From positions 11,656-75,655 of the IMG/VR virus record IMGVR_UViG_3300048694_001134: a stretch of DNA of 64,000 bases; one strand, given 5' to 3'. The notes beneath the pieces were generated by a model that saw only the letters and a program-made list of their open reading frames with translations, had not been told where the DNA came from and did not search any database. Source of the stretch: a virus. A program made the position numbers and the translations under genes. How positions within the stretch are numbered: the first letter of the stretch is position 1; the number at the start of each line of letters is the position of its first letter. Of this stretch, positions 19,101 to 27,479 are shown piece by piece.

Positions 19101-19610
19101 GGTCAGTATAGTGGTGGTTATGTCGGCACATTCTCCGGACTCTATAGCGGCGGCTACGTTGGCTCCTTCACTGGTCAGTATAGTGGTGGTTATGTTGGCA
19201 CGTTTAGTGGCGCCTATGTGGGAAATTACTCACAATCCTACACCGGTATATACGCTGGTGCGTATGTTGGTAATTACACAGGAACGTTTACAGGAAGCTT
19301 TGTTGGCAACTACCAAAGTACATTTACCGGTATTTACTCCAACACATTTTCCGCAGCATATGTTGGGTCTTATGTTGGCTCGTTCACCGGACAGTACTCA
19401 GGCTCATATGGTAATGCATGGACAGGAGCGTTTACAGGCTTGTACACGGGTCAGTTCACAGGAATTTACACGGGACTATATACCGGGGTATATTCAACAG
19501 CATATTCAGGCGCTTATGTTGGGTCGTTCACCGGTTCGTATACAGGGTTGACTATCATTTCAAGTCCTGAGACAATATCAACGATAAAACTTTGGGTAAG
19601 GATAGCATGA
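16158..19610 (+). CDS. Aromatic-x-Gly-x repeat fibre protein, long paralog (1150 aa)
   Basis: Same N-terminal domains; 97+96 tetrapeptide units around three central repeats. Confidence 0.8.
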   Translation: MAITSLKYNTALKGLQAMSNTDVASYLSPVIGAYFASNTSVGSLAVGSMANGTSIGTWVDTYRTDSLGTHPVNAGAITTNSTTLYQDLSNSSLNETTVRPLGWSTSNNYFKEFTDTDIKDNLCNAVLQGMLLSGAGAYVLQPTAPATGTWASRGTLTNTLTTGTTNTTTLWQRTDSTASTVTRPIKFAAGVREMTDDDIRTLTHKVRNYIVTNGIGQYQLSATTPVTPGTWVQAGSGFDDTRYQTQDQAYAGTYQQAFTGAYTAAYTGAYGGNFTGVYNQTFSGTYQQAFSAAYTGLYTGVYSQAFTGSYTNTFTGAFTGAYVGTFSGAYTGAYSRVFTGSYTGAYTGIYSQTFTGSYTGSYNQTFTGAYTGIYNQTFTGTYAGNYQQTFTGAYTGNYNQTFTGTYSGGYIGYFTGSYAGTYSSVFSGSYTGAYTGVYNQTFTGAYAGSYIGYFTGSYAGTYSRVFSGSYTGTYTGVYNQTFTGAYAGGYVGYFTGSYAGTYSRVFSGSYTGLYSGGYTGYFTGNYTGYYTGYFTGNYTGAYSRVFTGAYAGAYTGYYTGYFTGYYAGSYTRVWTGSYAGTYGQTWTGVYAGAYARSWTGTYTGYFTGNYTGYYAGAYTGYYTGYFTGYYTGYYARVSYTGYYTRVFSRTYGGNVAGGGWFAGSFVGTYNVNAVSYVGYYTRVFSRTYGGNVAGGGWFAGSFVGAYNATGAVYMGYYVGSFSRTYGGNTAGWYSSSYLGGYQNVAKAFAGSYASSFAGAYTGAYAGTYAGAYAQSFAGTYTSYFTGNYTGSYSQYWTGTYAGNYSATWTGTYAGVYANTFVGYYTGVYAGNYTGTFSGIYAGAYAQAFAGLYAGTYAQVFTGTYAGAYVGNYTGSFTGAYAGAYAQTFTGIYSGGYVGAFTGQYSGAYIGNYTGSFTGAYAGAYAQSFTGSYSGGYVGSFTGQYSGAYIGNYTGSFTGAYAGAYAQTFTGLYSGGYVGTFTGQYSGGYVGTFSGLYSGGYVGSFTGQYSGGYVGTFSGAYVGNYSQSYTGIYAGAYVGNYTGTFTGSFVGNYQSTFTGIYSNTFSAAYVGSYVGSFTGQYSGSYGNAWTGAFTGLYTGQFTGIYTGLYTGVYSTAYSGAYVGSFTGSYTGLTIISSPETISTIKLWVRIA
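16905..19550 (+). repeat. Coding 12-nt-period repeat region, (Y/F/W)-x-G-x
   Basis: Strict 12-nt spacing of aromatic codons: 16905 to 18057 is 96x12 nt; 18399 to 19539 is 95x12 nt. Confidence 0.95.
18081..18269 (+). repeat. Exact 78-nt direct repeat (18081-18158 and 18192-18269)
   Basis: tattatactcgagtattcagtcgcacg...gttttgttggt occurs twice with a 111-nt period. Confidence 0.95.
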
Positions 19611-20059
19611 AGAGAACCATAAAAAACCCGCATTGGGTCAATAATGCAAGAACAGTAATGTCGGCTGAGTTTCACTACGATGATGGAAGAGTGATTACGG
19701 CGGTTATCAATTCTAACGAAACAAACAATCCCGACTATCAAGAGATACGTGCAACGTTCTCTGAAGCAGAGCTGGAACAGAATACACAAAACAATATTCG
19801 TAAAATCCAGGGCGACAGGGATCGTCAAAAGGCGCAGGAAGAAGCTCAAAAGGAACGTGAGCGTCAGGAGCGGTTGTTCCAGGTTAAACTTGCTGCCTTT
19901 GAAGTTGATGCTATTAAGAATACCACAAATAAAGCTTTGAAGTCAGCACTCCGCCGTTCGAAAAGCGATTTTGAAGTATATGCAATGGCAGCAGCAATTA
20001 TCCTTGACTCGGTACAAAATCCTCCCGCTCAAACTGACGAGCCGTCAGAGGAACAATAA
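19607..20059 (+). CDS. Hypothetical protein, possible fibre assembly chaperone
   Basis: ATGA overlap with the repeat gene; IKNPHWVNNART start loosely resembles tail-fibre assembly proteins; coiled-coil middle. Confidence 0.45.
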   Translation: MKRTIKNPHWVNNARTVMSAEFHYDDGRVITAVINSNETNNPDYQEIRATFSEAELEQNTQNNIRKIQGDRDRQKAQEEAQKERERQERLFQVKLAAFEVDAIKNTTNKALKSALRRSKSDFEVYAMAAAIILDSVQNPPAQTDEPSEEQ

Positions 20060-20778
20060 TGACTGATCTTCGTAATGGTTTTTTGATCGTAGCCTCAAAG
20101 GATCCCGGCTACGTGATTGGTGCAAATTTTCTCGCTGCAAGTATAAAGGATTTCTATCCTGAAGCACATATTACCATGTTTGTCACTCCCGATTTACGAA
20201 CCCGGGTTGATGATAGCGTGTTTGATTTAGTCGTTAGTGAGGATGTCCCTTCACACATAAGAACGAAGCTGTACGCTCTATCACAAACGCCTTACACGGA
20301 ACTAACTTGTTACGTTGATGCTGACATGGAATGCATGCATGAAGATGTACGCAACATTTGGAATGAAATGCCAAACGATTGCGATATTTTGATTACAAAA
20401 ATTAGACCATATAATGGAAAAGAAGATAAGTGGCCTGGTGGCACCACAATCCCCAAGGGTCGCATGACTTACCACGGCGGCTTCTTTCTCTACCGTTCAA
20501 ACGAACAAACAAAATACTTCATGGAAAGGTGGTGGCAAGATTACGTCAAGCAGCGCGCCGAGCCATGGCCATACAATGAGGATGAAATACCAAAATCATT
20601 TGCTCAATGGGATCAATTTACTTTTTGGAAGTTGATGAACGAGGACAATCTCCCAATCAACGTTCAGGTATTCAATGACGACGCTAGGTGGAATTTTGTC
20701 AATGGGTACTATCTGACCGAGACGCAACAGCCGATCGTTTTTTATCATCACACACTACCGCATAGAGTTGGCCAATGA
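20059..20778 (+). CDS. Glycosyltransferase, GT-A fold (GT8-like)
   Basis: TKLYALSQTPY..TCYVDAD (DxD), HGGFFLY, WDQFTF, RWNF, late His. Confidence 0.75.
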   Translation: MTDLRNGFLIVASKDPGYVIGANFLAASIKDFYPEAHITMFVTPDLRTRVDDSVFDLVVSEDVPSHIRTKLYALSQTPYTELTCYVDADMECMHEDVRNIWNEMPNDCDILITKIRPYNGKEDKWPGGTTIPKGRMTYHGGFFLYRSNEQTKYFMERWWQDYVKQRAEPWPYNEDEIPKSFAQWDQFTFWKLMNEDNLPINVQVFNDDARWNFVNGYYLTETQQPIVFYHHTLPHRVGQ

Positions 20779-21383
20779 AAACTATTGAAATAAACAACAA
20801 AGACCTAAAAGTAATCCTTGACAAGTTTCTACAACAGCTATTATTGCAAGATCGATCAAACTATCCCTACGGCCGTTCAGATATAACTCCGGAGTATGCA
20901 TGTGGTAATGAATACTTGCATCACATGCAAAATAAACCGGTTGATGGCTTTCCGGAAAAAACGTATGGTGTTGATCTCTCACGTCATATCCCACCCAACT
21001 TGAAAGAAGCATTGAAGACGCTAGATCAAGAGTTGCTTGCTTGGTCGGGATCGAGGAACAACGCTGTCAAGATGTTGTATCCTAAAGGTGGGTACATGGG
21101 ATGGCATCACAACGCCAATGCGGCTGGCTACAACATCCTTCTTTCATGGTCAAAGGATGGAAAGGGATATTTTAGATACCAAGATCCGCTGACGAAAGAA
21201 ATCGTAACAATGCAAGATACGCCGGGATGGACTTGTAAAGTTGGATACTACGGTCCTTGGAATGAACCTGATAGAATTTATTGGCATTGTGCAAACGCAG
21301 AAAACGAAGAAAGATTGACGCTGGGTTATATTATTCCTCATGAGGGAATGTGGGAAGACATGATAGACGATATTCAGAGCTGA
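20775..21383 (+). CDS. 2OG-Fe(II) oxygenase-like double-stranded beta-helix protein
   Basis: YPKGGYMGWHHN...YWHCA...RLTLGY pattern. Confidence 0.65.
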   Translation: MKTIEINNKDLKVILDKFLQQLLLQDRSNYPYGRSDITPEYACGNEYLHHMQNKPVDGFPEKTYGVDLSRHIPPNLKEALKTLDQELLAWSGSRNNAVKMLYPKGGYMGWHHNANAAGYNILLSWSKDGKGYFRYQDPLTKEIVTMQDTPGWTCKVGYYGPWNEPDRIYWHCANAENEERLTLGYIIPHEGMWEDMIDDIQS

Positions 21384-22186
21384 CGTAGGAGCATGTCGCG
21401 GCCAATCTCTTTGCGAATATCTTCCCGCTGCTCTGTAGTGCCGTTGAACGCCTCTTCAAATCTTGAATAATAGCTTTTGTAACCGTTAGATACAAAATCG
21501 TCTATATCTTCCTGTGTTGTTGGCCCATTGAAAAGAACAATTGGTACTGAGTCTTTGTATACCTCATATTCTTCTGGCGATGACATAATTCGTTTTACTT
21601 TCCTATCGATATCATACAGAAAAGAATAAAAGCAATCCTCAGGAAGGCCACCTCTGATTTTATGTTCATAAAAAAGAAAGCCATCCATTCCTCTCCAGTA
21701 TTTTTTTAAGAAGGCTTGCTTGTTTTCTATGAATGATGACCATAAATGATTTGTTGTTCCTGGTATCCAGAACATGCAGCTCGAGTTGATGGTGTGATCA
21801 AGGTATGGTGGTTCTATATCCTTACGTCTTAAAGATTTCCAAACAGCATTAATTGTTTTAAAGGTGCTTGTTTCTTTTGAACGGTTGATAAACCCGTCAA
21901 TGTTTTTCTTAATTACAATGTCAAGATCAAAGAAAAACGTCGGATTATTATTAATCTTTAACGCAAACTCGTCGCTGAGAAGAAACAGTTTGTTAAAAAC
22001 AATTGGATGTAGATCAAAGTCAACGTATGGTATAACTTTGATTTCTGGGTGCAGACCGACAGGATCATCTGTATAACAGAAAAACTTAAATGGCTGCGAC
22101 ACAAAAGCGCTGCACATGCCGTGCAGCTTGTTTGCATAAATACTGCCATACTTCGATCCAATCTTCACACAAACGATGTTTATCAT
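21374..22186 (-). CDS. Glycosyltransferase, GT-A fold
   Basis: CVKIGSKYG..YANKL, FFCYTDD, FFDLDIVI (DxD), INSSCMFW, VLFNG. Confidence 0.75.
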   Translation of the reverse strand: MINIVCVKIGSKYGSIYANKLHGMCSAFVSQPFKFFCYTDDPVGLHPEIKVIPYVDFDLHPIVFNKLFLLSDEFALKINNNPTFFFDLDIVIKKNIDGFINRSKETSTFKTINAVWKSLRRKDIEPPYLDHTINSSCMFWIPGTTNHLWSSFIENKQAFLKKYWRGMDGFLFYEHKIRGGLPEDCFYSFLYDIDRKVKRIMSSPEEYEVYKDSVPIVLFNGPTTQEDIDDFVSNGYKSYYSRFEEAFNGTTEQREDIRKEIGRDMLLRQL

Positions 22187-22214
22187 CACAATTTAACTTT
22201 TTAGAGGTGCAAAT

Positions 22215-22823
22215 ATGTACATTGTAGGAACAGGTCGCTCAGGTTCTACAGCTTTCACAATCCACAAGGCATTAGAAGCTGGCGTTCCTTTCAAGGGTGA
22301 AATAAATTATTTCCCAGCAATTGCTGGGCCTAACCCATCTCGTCCCGTTTGGAAGCGTGATTTCCACGAAACAGGTATTCAACCAACATATACCGTTGAT
22401 GAATATCTCGATGCGTGGGACAACTTATCCGATCCCAATTCTATGTATCTCGTGTCTGCACAGAGTGGTGATGTTTCTGTTTGGGCTGGCGCGTCTGCAT
22501 TCATTACGCGTAAGAACATCCGCAACGCAATGCTTTCTCACGCAAACCTTCTAATAAAGAGCTACTATGGCAACACACCGGTTGTTCGTCCTTACCATTT
22601 CATTAGACAAGCCGTTGAAAGAAACTTTATCACGACATGCTTGATGCTCAAGTTCTGCGCCAAACACAACAAGACCATTACATGGTACGAGGATGTGTTT
22701 GAAAAGACAACCACATACAGCGCTTTCAACGATTGGCCACATAGACAAGAACTTCTTACGTTCCTTGACGAACTCATTGCAGAATTCCGGCCGGAACTAC
22801 TGAACCAGAATATCGTTGTGTAA
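22215..22823 (+). CDS. Sulfotransferase-like P-loop protein (Stf0-like)
   Basis: 5'-PSB-like IVGTGRSGST, 3'-PB-like TRKNIRNAMLS, WYED. Confidence 0.55.
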   Translation: MYIVGTGRSGSTAFTIHKALEAGVPFKGEINYFPAIAGPNPSRPVWKRDFHETGIQPTYTVDEYLDAWDNLSDPNSMYLVSAQSGDVSVWAGASAFITRKNIRNAMLSHANLLIKSYYGNTPVVRPYHFIRQAVERNFITTCLMLKFCAKHNKTITWYEDVFEKTTTYSAFNDWPHRQELLTFLDELIAEFRPELLNQNIVV

Positions 22824-23440
22824 TGTTTAGTTATCTTTGTAATGTTTCTGATGTTCTACGCACACTACCAAAGCATCAGATAGATGATTTTGCTGATTCG
22901 TTTAGTAAGACACAATACAGATCGAAAAAGTGGTTAGTTGAAACACTGGCCCAAACAAAACTCCCCTCATCACCGTCTATATTAATATTAGGCGGATGGT
23001 ATGGGAGTTTTCTTGTTCCTATGTTGCAACAACAGTACCCCGAGTGCTCCATTCTTTTAACTGACAAACAAAGTGAGCCCCTCTCCGTTGCAGAATACCT
23101 ACATGACGCGCGATACAGCGGCACGTCAAAAATAAGAATGGGTGTTGTTGATGTCGAGCAGAATTTGCAACGCGTGCAGAATCAAAGTTTTGATGTTGTT
23201 ATAAACACGTCCTGTGAACACATGACCAACCTCCACAATATCAAAGTTGCAAACGAGGATGCTCTGTATGTGTTTCAAGCGTGCGATGAAAAAGATGATC
23301 CCGGCCATATCAACCCTATACAAACAACGGATGATCTGGTGAAGCAATGTAAACTGACCAACATCATTTTTCGGGGTAGGTTGGATCTTGGTCACAAGAA
23401 CAGACTAATGATCATTGGCAAAAAGCAACAGATTTTGTAA
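22823..23440 (+). CDS. Class I SAM-dependent methyltransferase
   Basis: ILILGGWYG motif I, LLTD, DVVINTSCEHM. Confidence 0.75.
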   Translation: MFSYLCNVSDVLRTLPKHQIDDFADSFSKTQYRSKKWLVETLAQTKLPSSPSILILGGWYGSFLVPMLQQQYPECSILLTDKQSEPLSVAEYLHDARYSGTSKIRMGVVDVEQNLQRVQNQSFDVVINTSCEHMTNLHNIKVANEDALYVFQACDEKDDPGHINPIQTTDDLVKQCKLTNIIFRGRLDLGHKNRLMIIGKKQQIL

Positions 23441-23441
23441 A

Positions 23442-23449
23442 TATAAATA
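23442..23449 (+). promoter_or_regulatory. T4-type late promoter TATAAATA
   Basis: Exact consensus in the intergenic gap upstream of structural genes; gp55 is encoded in the window. Confidence 0.8.
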
Positions 23450-23482
23450 CCGCGATAATACTATTATAAGCGGAATTGGTAC

Positions 23483-23815
23483 ATGGCAATCAAAGCAAAT
23501 CTTGTCATTGATCAGGGAACAGACTATTCAACATCTATAAACCTAACGGATGATGATGGAAATCTTGTCGATTTGACAGGGTACTCAGCTAGTTCTCAGA
23601 TTAGAAAGACACCATCATCATCAAATGCAGTTAGTTTCAGCGTTTCTGTCGCCGAGGCGCAGGGGCTGGTTCTTTTGTCTTTGACTGATCAACAAACATC
23701 AAATCTAGTGCCGGGTAGATATGTTTATGACGTTTTGCTTACAAATAACAACAACAATCTAACTTCACGTATTTTAGAAGGAATTGTTACTGTGACGCCG
23801 GGAGTAACGAGATGA
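23483..23815 (+). CDS. Small virion structural protein
   Basis: ANLVIDQGTDY...DLTGYSASSQIRK...GRYVYDV...RILEGIVTVTPGVT family of T4-like phages. Confidence 0.7.
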   Translation: MAIKANLVIDQGTDYSTSINLTDDDGNLVDLTGYSASSQIRKTPSSSNAVSFSVSVAEAQGLVLLSLTDQQTSNLVPGRYVYDVLLTNNNNNLTSRILEGIVTVTPGVTR

Positions 23816-24033
23816 CAGCTATTGTTGTGAAAGTTACAAATGGTCAGTTACAAGCCAGCTCACCAGTTACATTAAAGAACACAATTCAAGCGGATGCCAA
23901 TAGACGATTAGATGGTCTTTTGGATGTGACAGCCGATACTGCGAATACGCCAGTAAATAGCACCCTCGTTTATGATCCGTCAACAGACAAATACGTTGTA
24001 AAATTACTAGACCTAGACGGGGGAACATTTTAA
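23812..24033 (+). CDS. Small structural protein ending LDGGTF
   Basis: ATGA overlap; LDGLLDV, TLVYD, C-terminal LDGGTF. Confidence 0.6.
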   Translation: MTAIVVKVTNGQLQASSPVTLKNTIQADANRRLDGLLDVTADTANTPVNSTLVYDPSTDKYVVKLLDLDGGTF

Positions 24034-26919
24034 ATGGCAAACCAAATTCAAATAAAGAGAAGTAACACCACGGCATTGCCTGCAAGCCTTGCCGTCGGTG
24101 AACTTGCGTACTCTGGAAACGGTGAGGTACTATTCATTGGTAGCGTGAACGGGGTTGCCAACTCAGCAAACGTCGTTGCCATTGGTGGTGTCCGTAACCC
24201 AGGTACATTGACAGCAAACCAAGCACTCGTTGCTAACTCAACGAGCTGGATAGATGCAATTCAAACAACAAAGCTGATTGTTGGACCCGTCGGCACAACA
24301 GTAAACGTTGCTTCGATATCAACTCAATCTAACAGCTCTCAACTTGGTGCAACGGCAGGTGGATCAAATACTGAGCTTGTTTCTTCATGGGCTGTTAAGA
24401 ACTACGTTGACACACGTACGGGCGTTGTAACGGCGGGTCAGGTCGTATACGCAAACTCGACTGGCGGGCTTTCTGGTGATGCAGGGTTTACGTTTGTTGC
24501 TGCAACAGACGCGCTTACAGTTAACGGATCTATTCTTGTCGGTGCAAACGTTGTTACAAACACAACAGCTTTGTACGTTGGTAACTCTACATCCAACTCC
24601 GTTCTTTCTCAGGGCAGCTTGGTTCTTTCGAACGGCACCGGAACAGTAACAGTCAACCTTTCACAGATATCCGTTGGATCAAACGTCGTTGCAAACGCTA
24701 CTGCCGTATATGTTGGCAACTCAACTGTTAATGCAGTTCAAAGTCAGACAGGCGTTGTTGTTACAAGCGCAACAACCACGACCACGGTTAATACGACACA
24801 AGTTTCCGTAGGTGCAAACGTTGTTGCAAATACAACTGGTATACTGGTTGGTAACAGCACCGTCAATGCTACCGTTGTTTCAACACTCATCCAGGCGGCG
24901 AACAGTACCGGAACAGCAAACATTACACCGACAGCATTTGTTGTTGGTATTGCGACCGTCAACTCAACGGCCGTTTCCGTTGGAGCGAACGTTACTCTTA
25001 ACGCGACAACGCTGTTCATGGGTAACAGCACTGTTAACACAACACTGACAGCAGGCAACCTACAACTCAAGGGTACAATGTTGACAGTAAGCAACGTCAC
25101 CATTGACGGTGATGCTGTTCTTGTTGGCAACTCAACTGTCAATGCTTACACAAACAGTTCGTTCATTACTGTACGTAACGCATCAAGCTCGTCAAACGTC
25201 ACACCGACATCCATTGACGTTGGAACAAGTAGAGTTAACACCACGGTCGTTGCTGCTGGCGCGAACGTTATTGCTAATACTACAGCGTTGTATATTGGTA
25301 ACTCGACTGTCAATGCTGTTGCTACGCAGGTTGGGTTCACTGTTACGAACGGTACAGTCACCTCCGTTGTCAACACTTCTCAAGCATCCGTGGGTGCAAA
25401 CGTTGTTGCTAACACGACAGCGGTATATGTTGGTAACTCGACCGTCAACGCAGTTCAAAGTCAAACCGGTGTTGTTGTTGCAAGTGCTACTCAAACAACA
25501 ACAGTCAACAACACAGTAGTTGCTGTTGGTGCAAACGTTGTTGCAAACTCAACACAGTTGCTCGTTGGTAACACGACAGTTAACGCGTCGATCACGTCAA
25601 CACAAATAAGAGTAGCAAACAGTACAGCGTCTGCAAACGTTAACCCTAATGCCGTCTTGGTTGGTACGTCTGTTGTTAACACAATAGCTCTTGCAGCTGG
25701 TGCAAACGTTATTGCTAACACAACGGCGTTGTATGTTGGCAACTCGACTGTCAATGCGGTTACGACTCAGACTGGCACCTCATGGGCGTCAGCTACTCAA
25801 ACAACTGTTGCTAACAACACAGTAGTTGCGGTCGGTGCGAACGTTATTGCAAACGCGACGGCTTTGTTTGTCGGCAATTCAACCGTTAATGCCGTCACAA
25901 CACAAGTTGGCACATCTTATCAAACAGCTACACAGACGGTTGTTGTTAACAACAGCGTAGTCTCCGTCGGTGCAAACGTTATTGCAAACGCAACGGCTGT
26001 GTTTGTTGGTAACAGCACAGTTAATACGGTAATTACTGGCATTGGTCTAACGTCAGGTAACTCCGTCGTTAACACTACAACAATCGCTGTAGGCGCAAAC
26101 GTTGTTGTCAATACATCAGCAGCGTCGATTGGTAATTCGACGGTAAACGTCCAGATTACACAATCGTCTATTACCACTACCAATGCAACAGCAACGTTTG
26201 GTAACACGACGGTTAATGGTTTTGCAAACGTAGCAACAACACTTAACGTCGTTGCTAACGCATCGTTCGGTGCAAACGTCTCTGTTACAAATAACATTAC
26301 CGCTAACCAAATGGCGGTCGGTGACTTGAGCGTCTCTGGTAACTTGAACGTTACTGGTACGCTGACAACAATTAATGCTAACAACATTACCGTTACAGAT
26401 CCGTTGATTCAGTTGGGTACGAATAATAACGTATCAGACTTGTTGGATATTGGTGTCTATGGTAATTATGGTCTCGACGCAAATACAAACAACCATAGAC
26501 ACGCTGGTATCTTCCGTGATGCGAGTGATAGCGGTGTTTGGAAGTTGTTCGATGGTTTGTTGGCTGCGCCAACGACAACCATTGATACAGCAAACAACAC
26601 CTACAATCCTGCTACGCTTCAGGCGTTCCTCAAGACAGGTGGCACAGGTCTAACTGGTTTCATTGCCAACTCAACATCGATTACGTTGACGGCAAACAGT
26701 ACAATGAACGTCAACATAACGGCAAATACGTTGTCGTTGTCAACCCCGCTACCAGGTACATCCGGTGGTCTTGGTTTGAATACGTTCACAGCGGAAGACA
26801 TTCTTGTTGCTAACAGCACAAACGGATTCCGTAAACTGAGCAAGGGTTCGGAAGGAACTGTTCTTCAGATTTCCGGCGGCGTGGTCGCTTACAGTACACT
26901 TGATGGTGGCACATATTAA
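24034..26919 (+). CDS. Long tail-fibre-like protein with VGANVxANxTAxxVGNSTVN repeats
   Basis: N-terminal IQIKRS...LAVGELAY module, many ~45-aa repeats, VTDPLIQL/DIGVYG/GIFRDASD region, ends LDGGTY. Confidence 0.75.
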   Translation: MANQIQIKRSNTTALPASLAVGELAYSGNGEVLFIGSVNGVANSANVVAIGGVRNPGTLTANQALVANSTSWIDAIQTTKLIVGPVGTTVNVASISTQSNSSQLGATAGGSNTELVSSWAVKNYVDTRTGVVTAGQVVYANSTGGLSGDAGFTFVAATDALTVNGSILVGANVVTNTTALYVGNSTSNSVLSQGSLVLSNGTGTVTVNLSQISVGSNVVANATAVYVGNSTVNAVQSQTGVVVTSATTTTTVNTTQVSVGANVVANTTGILVGNSTVNATVVSTLIQAANSTGTANITPTAFVVGIATVNSTAVSVGANVTLNATTLFMGNSTVNTTLTAGNLQLKGTMLTVSNVTIDGDAVLVGNSTVNAYTNSSFITVRNASSSSNVTPTSIDVGTSRVNTTVVAAGANVIANTTALYIGNSTVNAVATQVGFTVTNGTVTSVVNTSQASVGANVVANTTAVYVGNSTVNAVQSQTGVVVASATQTTTVNNTVVAVGANVVANSTQLLVGNTTVNASITSTQIRVANSTASANVNPNAVLVGTSVVNTIALAAGANVIANTTALYVGNSTVNAVTTQTGTSWASATQTTVANNTVVAVGANVIANATALFVGNSTVNAVTTQVGTSYQTATQTVVVNNSVVSVGANVIANATAVFVGNSTVNTVITGIGLTSGNSVVNTTTIAVGANVVVNTSAASIGNSTVNVQITQSSITTTNATATFGNTTVNGFANVATTLNVVANASFGANVSVTNNITANQMAVGDLSVSGNLNVTGTLTTINANNITVTDPLIQLGTNNNVSDLLDIGVYGNYGLDANTNNHRHAGIFRDASDSGVWKLFDGLLAAPTTTIDTANNTYNPATLQAFLKTGGTGLTGFIANSTSITLTANSTMNVNITANTLSLSTPLPGTSGGLGLNTFTAEDILVANSTNGFRKLSKGSEGTVLQISGGVVAYSTLDGGTY

Positions 26920-26936
26920 AAAGTGAAAGGTTTATA

Positions 26937-27449
26937 ATGGAAGCTGAATTTGTTAATGTCTTTGTGCAAAAGCAGAAAGACATGATGAATGATTTATTAT
27001 CTCGACTAGTAATGTTGGATACCCGAGCAACGCTTGCAGAAGCTAAACTCAAAGACACCACTGAAACAAACATACAGCTTCAGGAGGAGATGGGTAGGTT
27101 GCATCAAGCGCTTGCGCAATCAAAAAATGACGTTAATGATTTGCAACTGCAAAATCAACGACATGAACGGGTGCAAGCTGAGCTGCATGCGCGGCTTGAC
27201 GTTCAGCTACCGTCGAGAAATGAACTTGATGTTGCTTTGGAGAAAGCACGTGTTGCTGAGGAAGAGAAGAACAAACTACAAAAGCTATACAAAGATTTAG
27301 AAGTGAAAAACAGTGTATTGCAAATGAAAGTAATTAGCTCAGCTTCGATGAAACCGGAATTCATTGCCTCGAGTCCTGCTCCCGTTCAACAAAAACAAAC
27401 AGCGGTTAAGCCAAAAGTTCAAACAAAAAGAAGACAAGCTAAGTCTTAA
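26937..27449 (+). CDS. Coiled-coil hypothetical protein
   Basis: 170-aa heptad-rich ORF with RBS aaagg. Confidence 0.6.
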   Translation: MEAEFVNVFVQKQKDMMNDLLSRLVMLDTRATLAEAKLKDTTETNIQLQEEMGRLHQALAQSKNDVNDLQLQNQRHERVQAELHARLDVQLPSRNELDVALEKARVAEEEKNKLQKLYKDLEVKNSVLQMKVISSASMKPEFIASSPAPVQQKQTAVKPKVQTKRRQAKS

Positions 27450-27479
27450 ATAAGACGACAATCCTAGATAGGAGCTATC

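Noticed and set aside
15042-19550. CRISPR array or DNA inverted repeat
   Set aside because: Repeats are in-frame 12-nt coding units with synonymous variation and no spacers; the symmetry is in protein order, not reverse-complement DNA.
18682-19551. 289-aa alternative-frame ORF and similar ones at 17152-18621
   Set aside because: Shadow frames of the stop-poor repeat codons; no independent signals.
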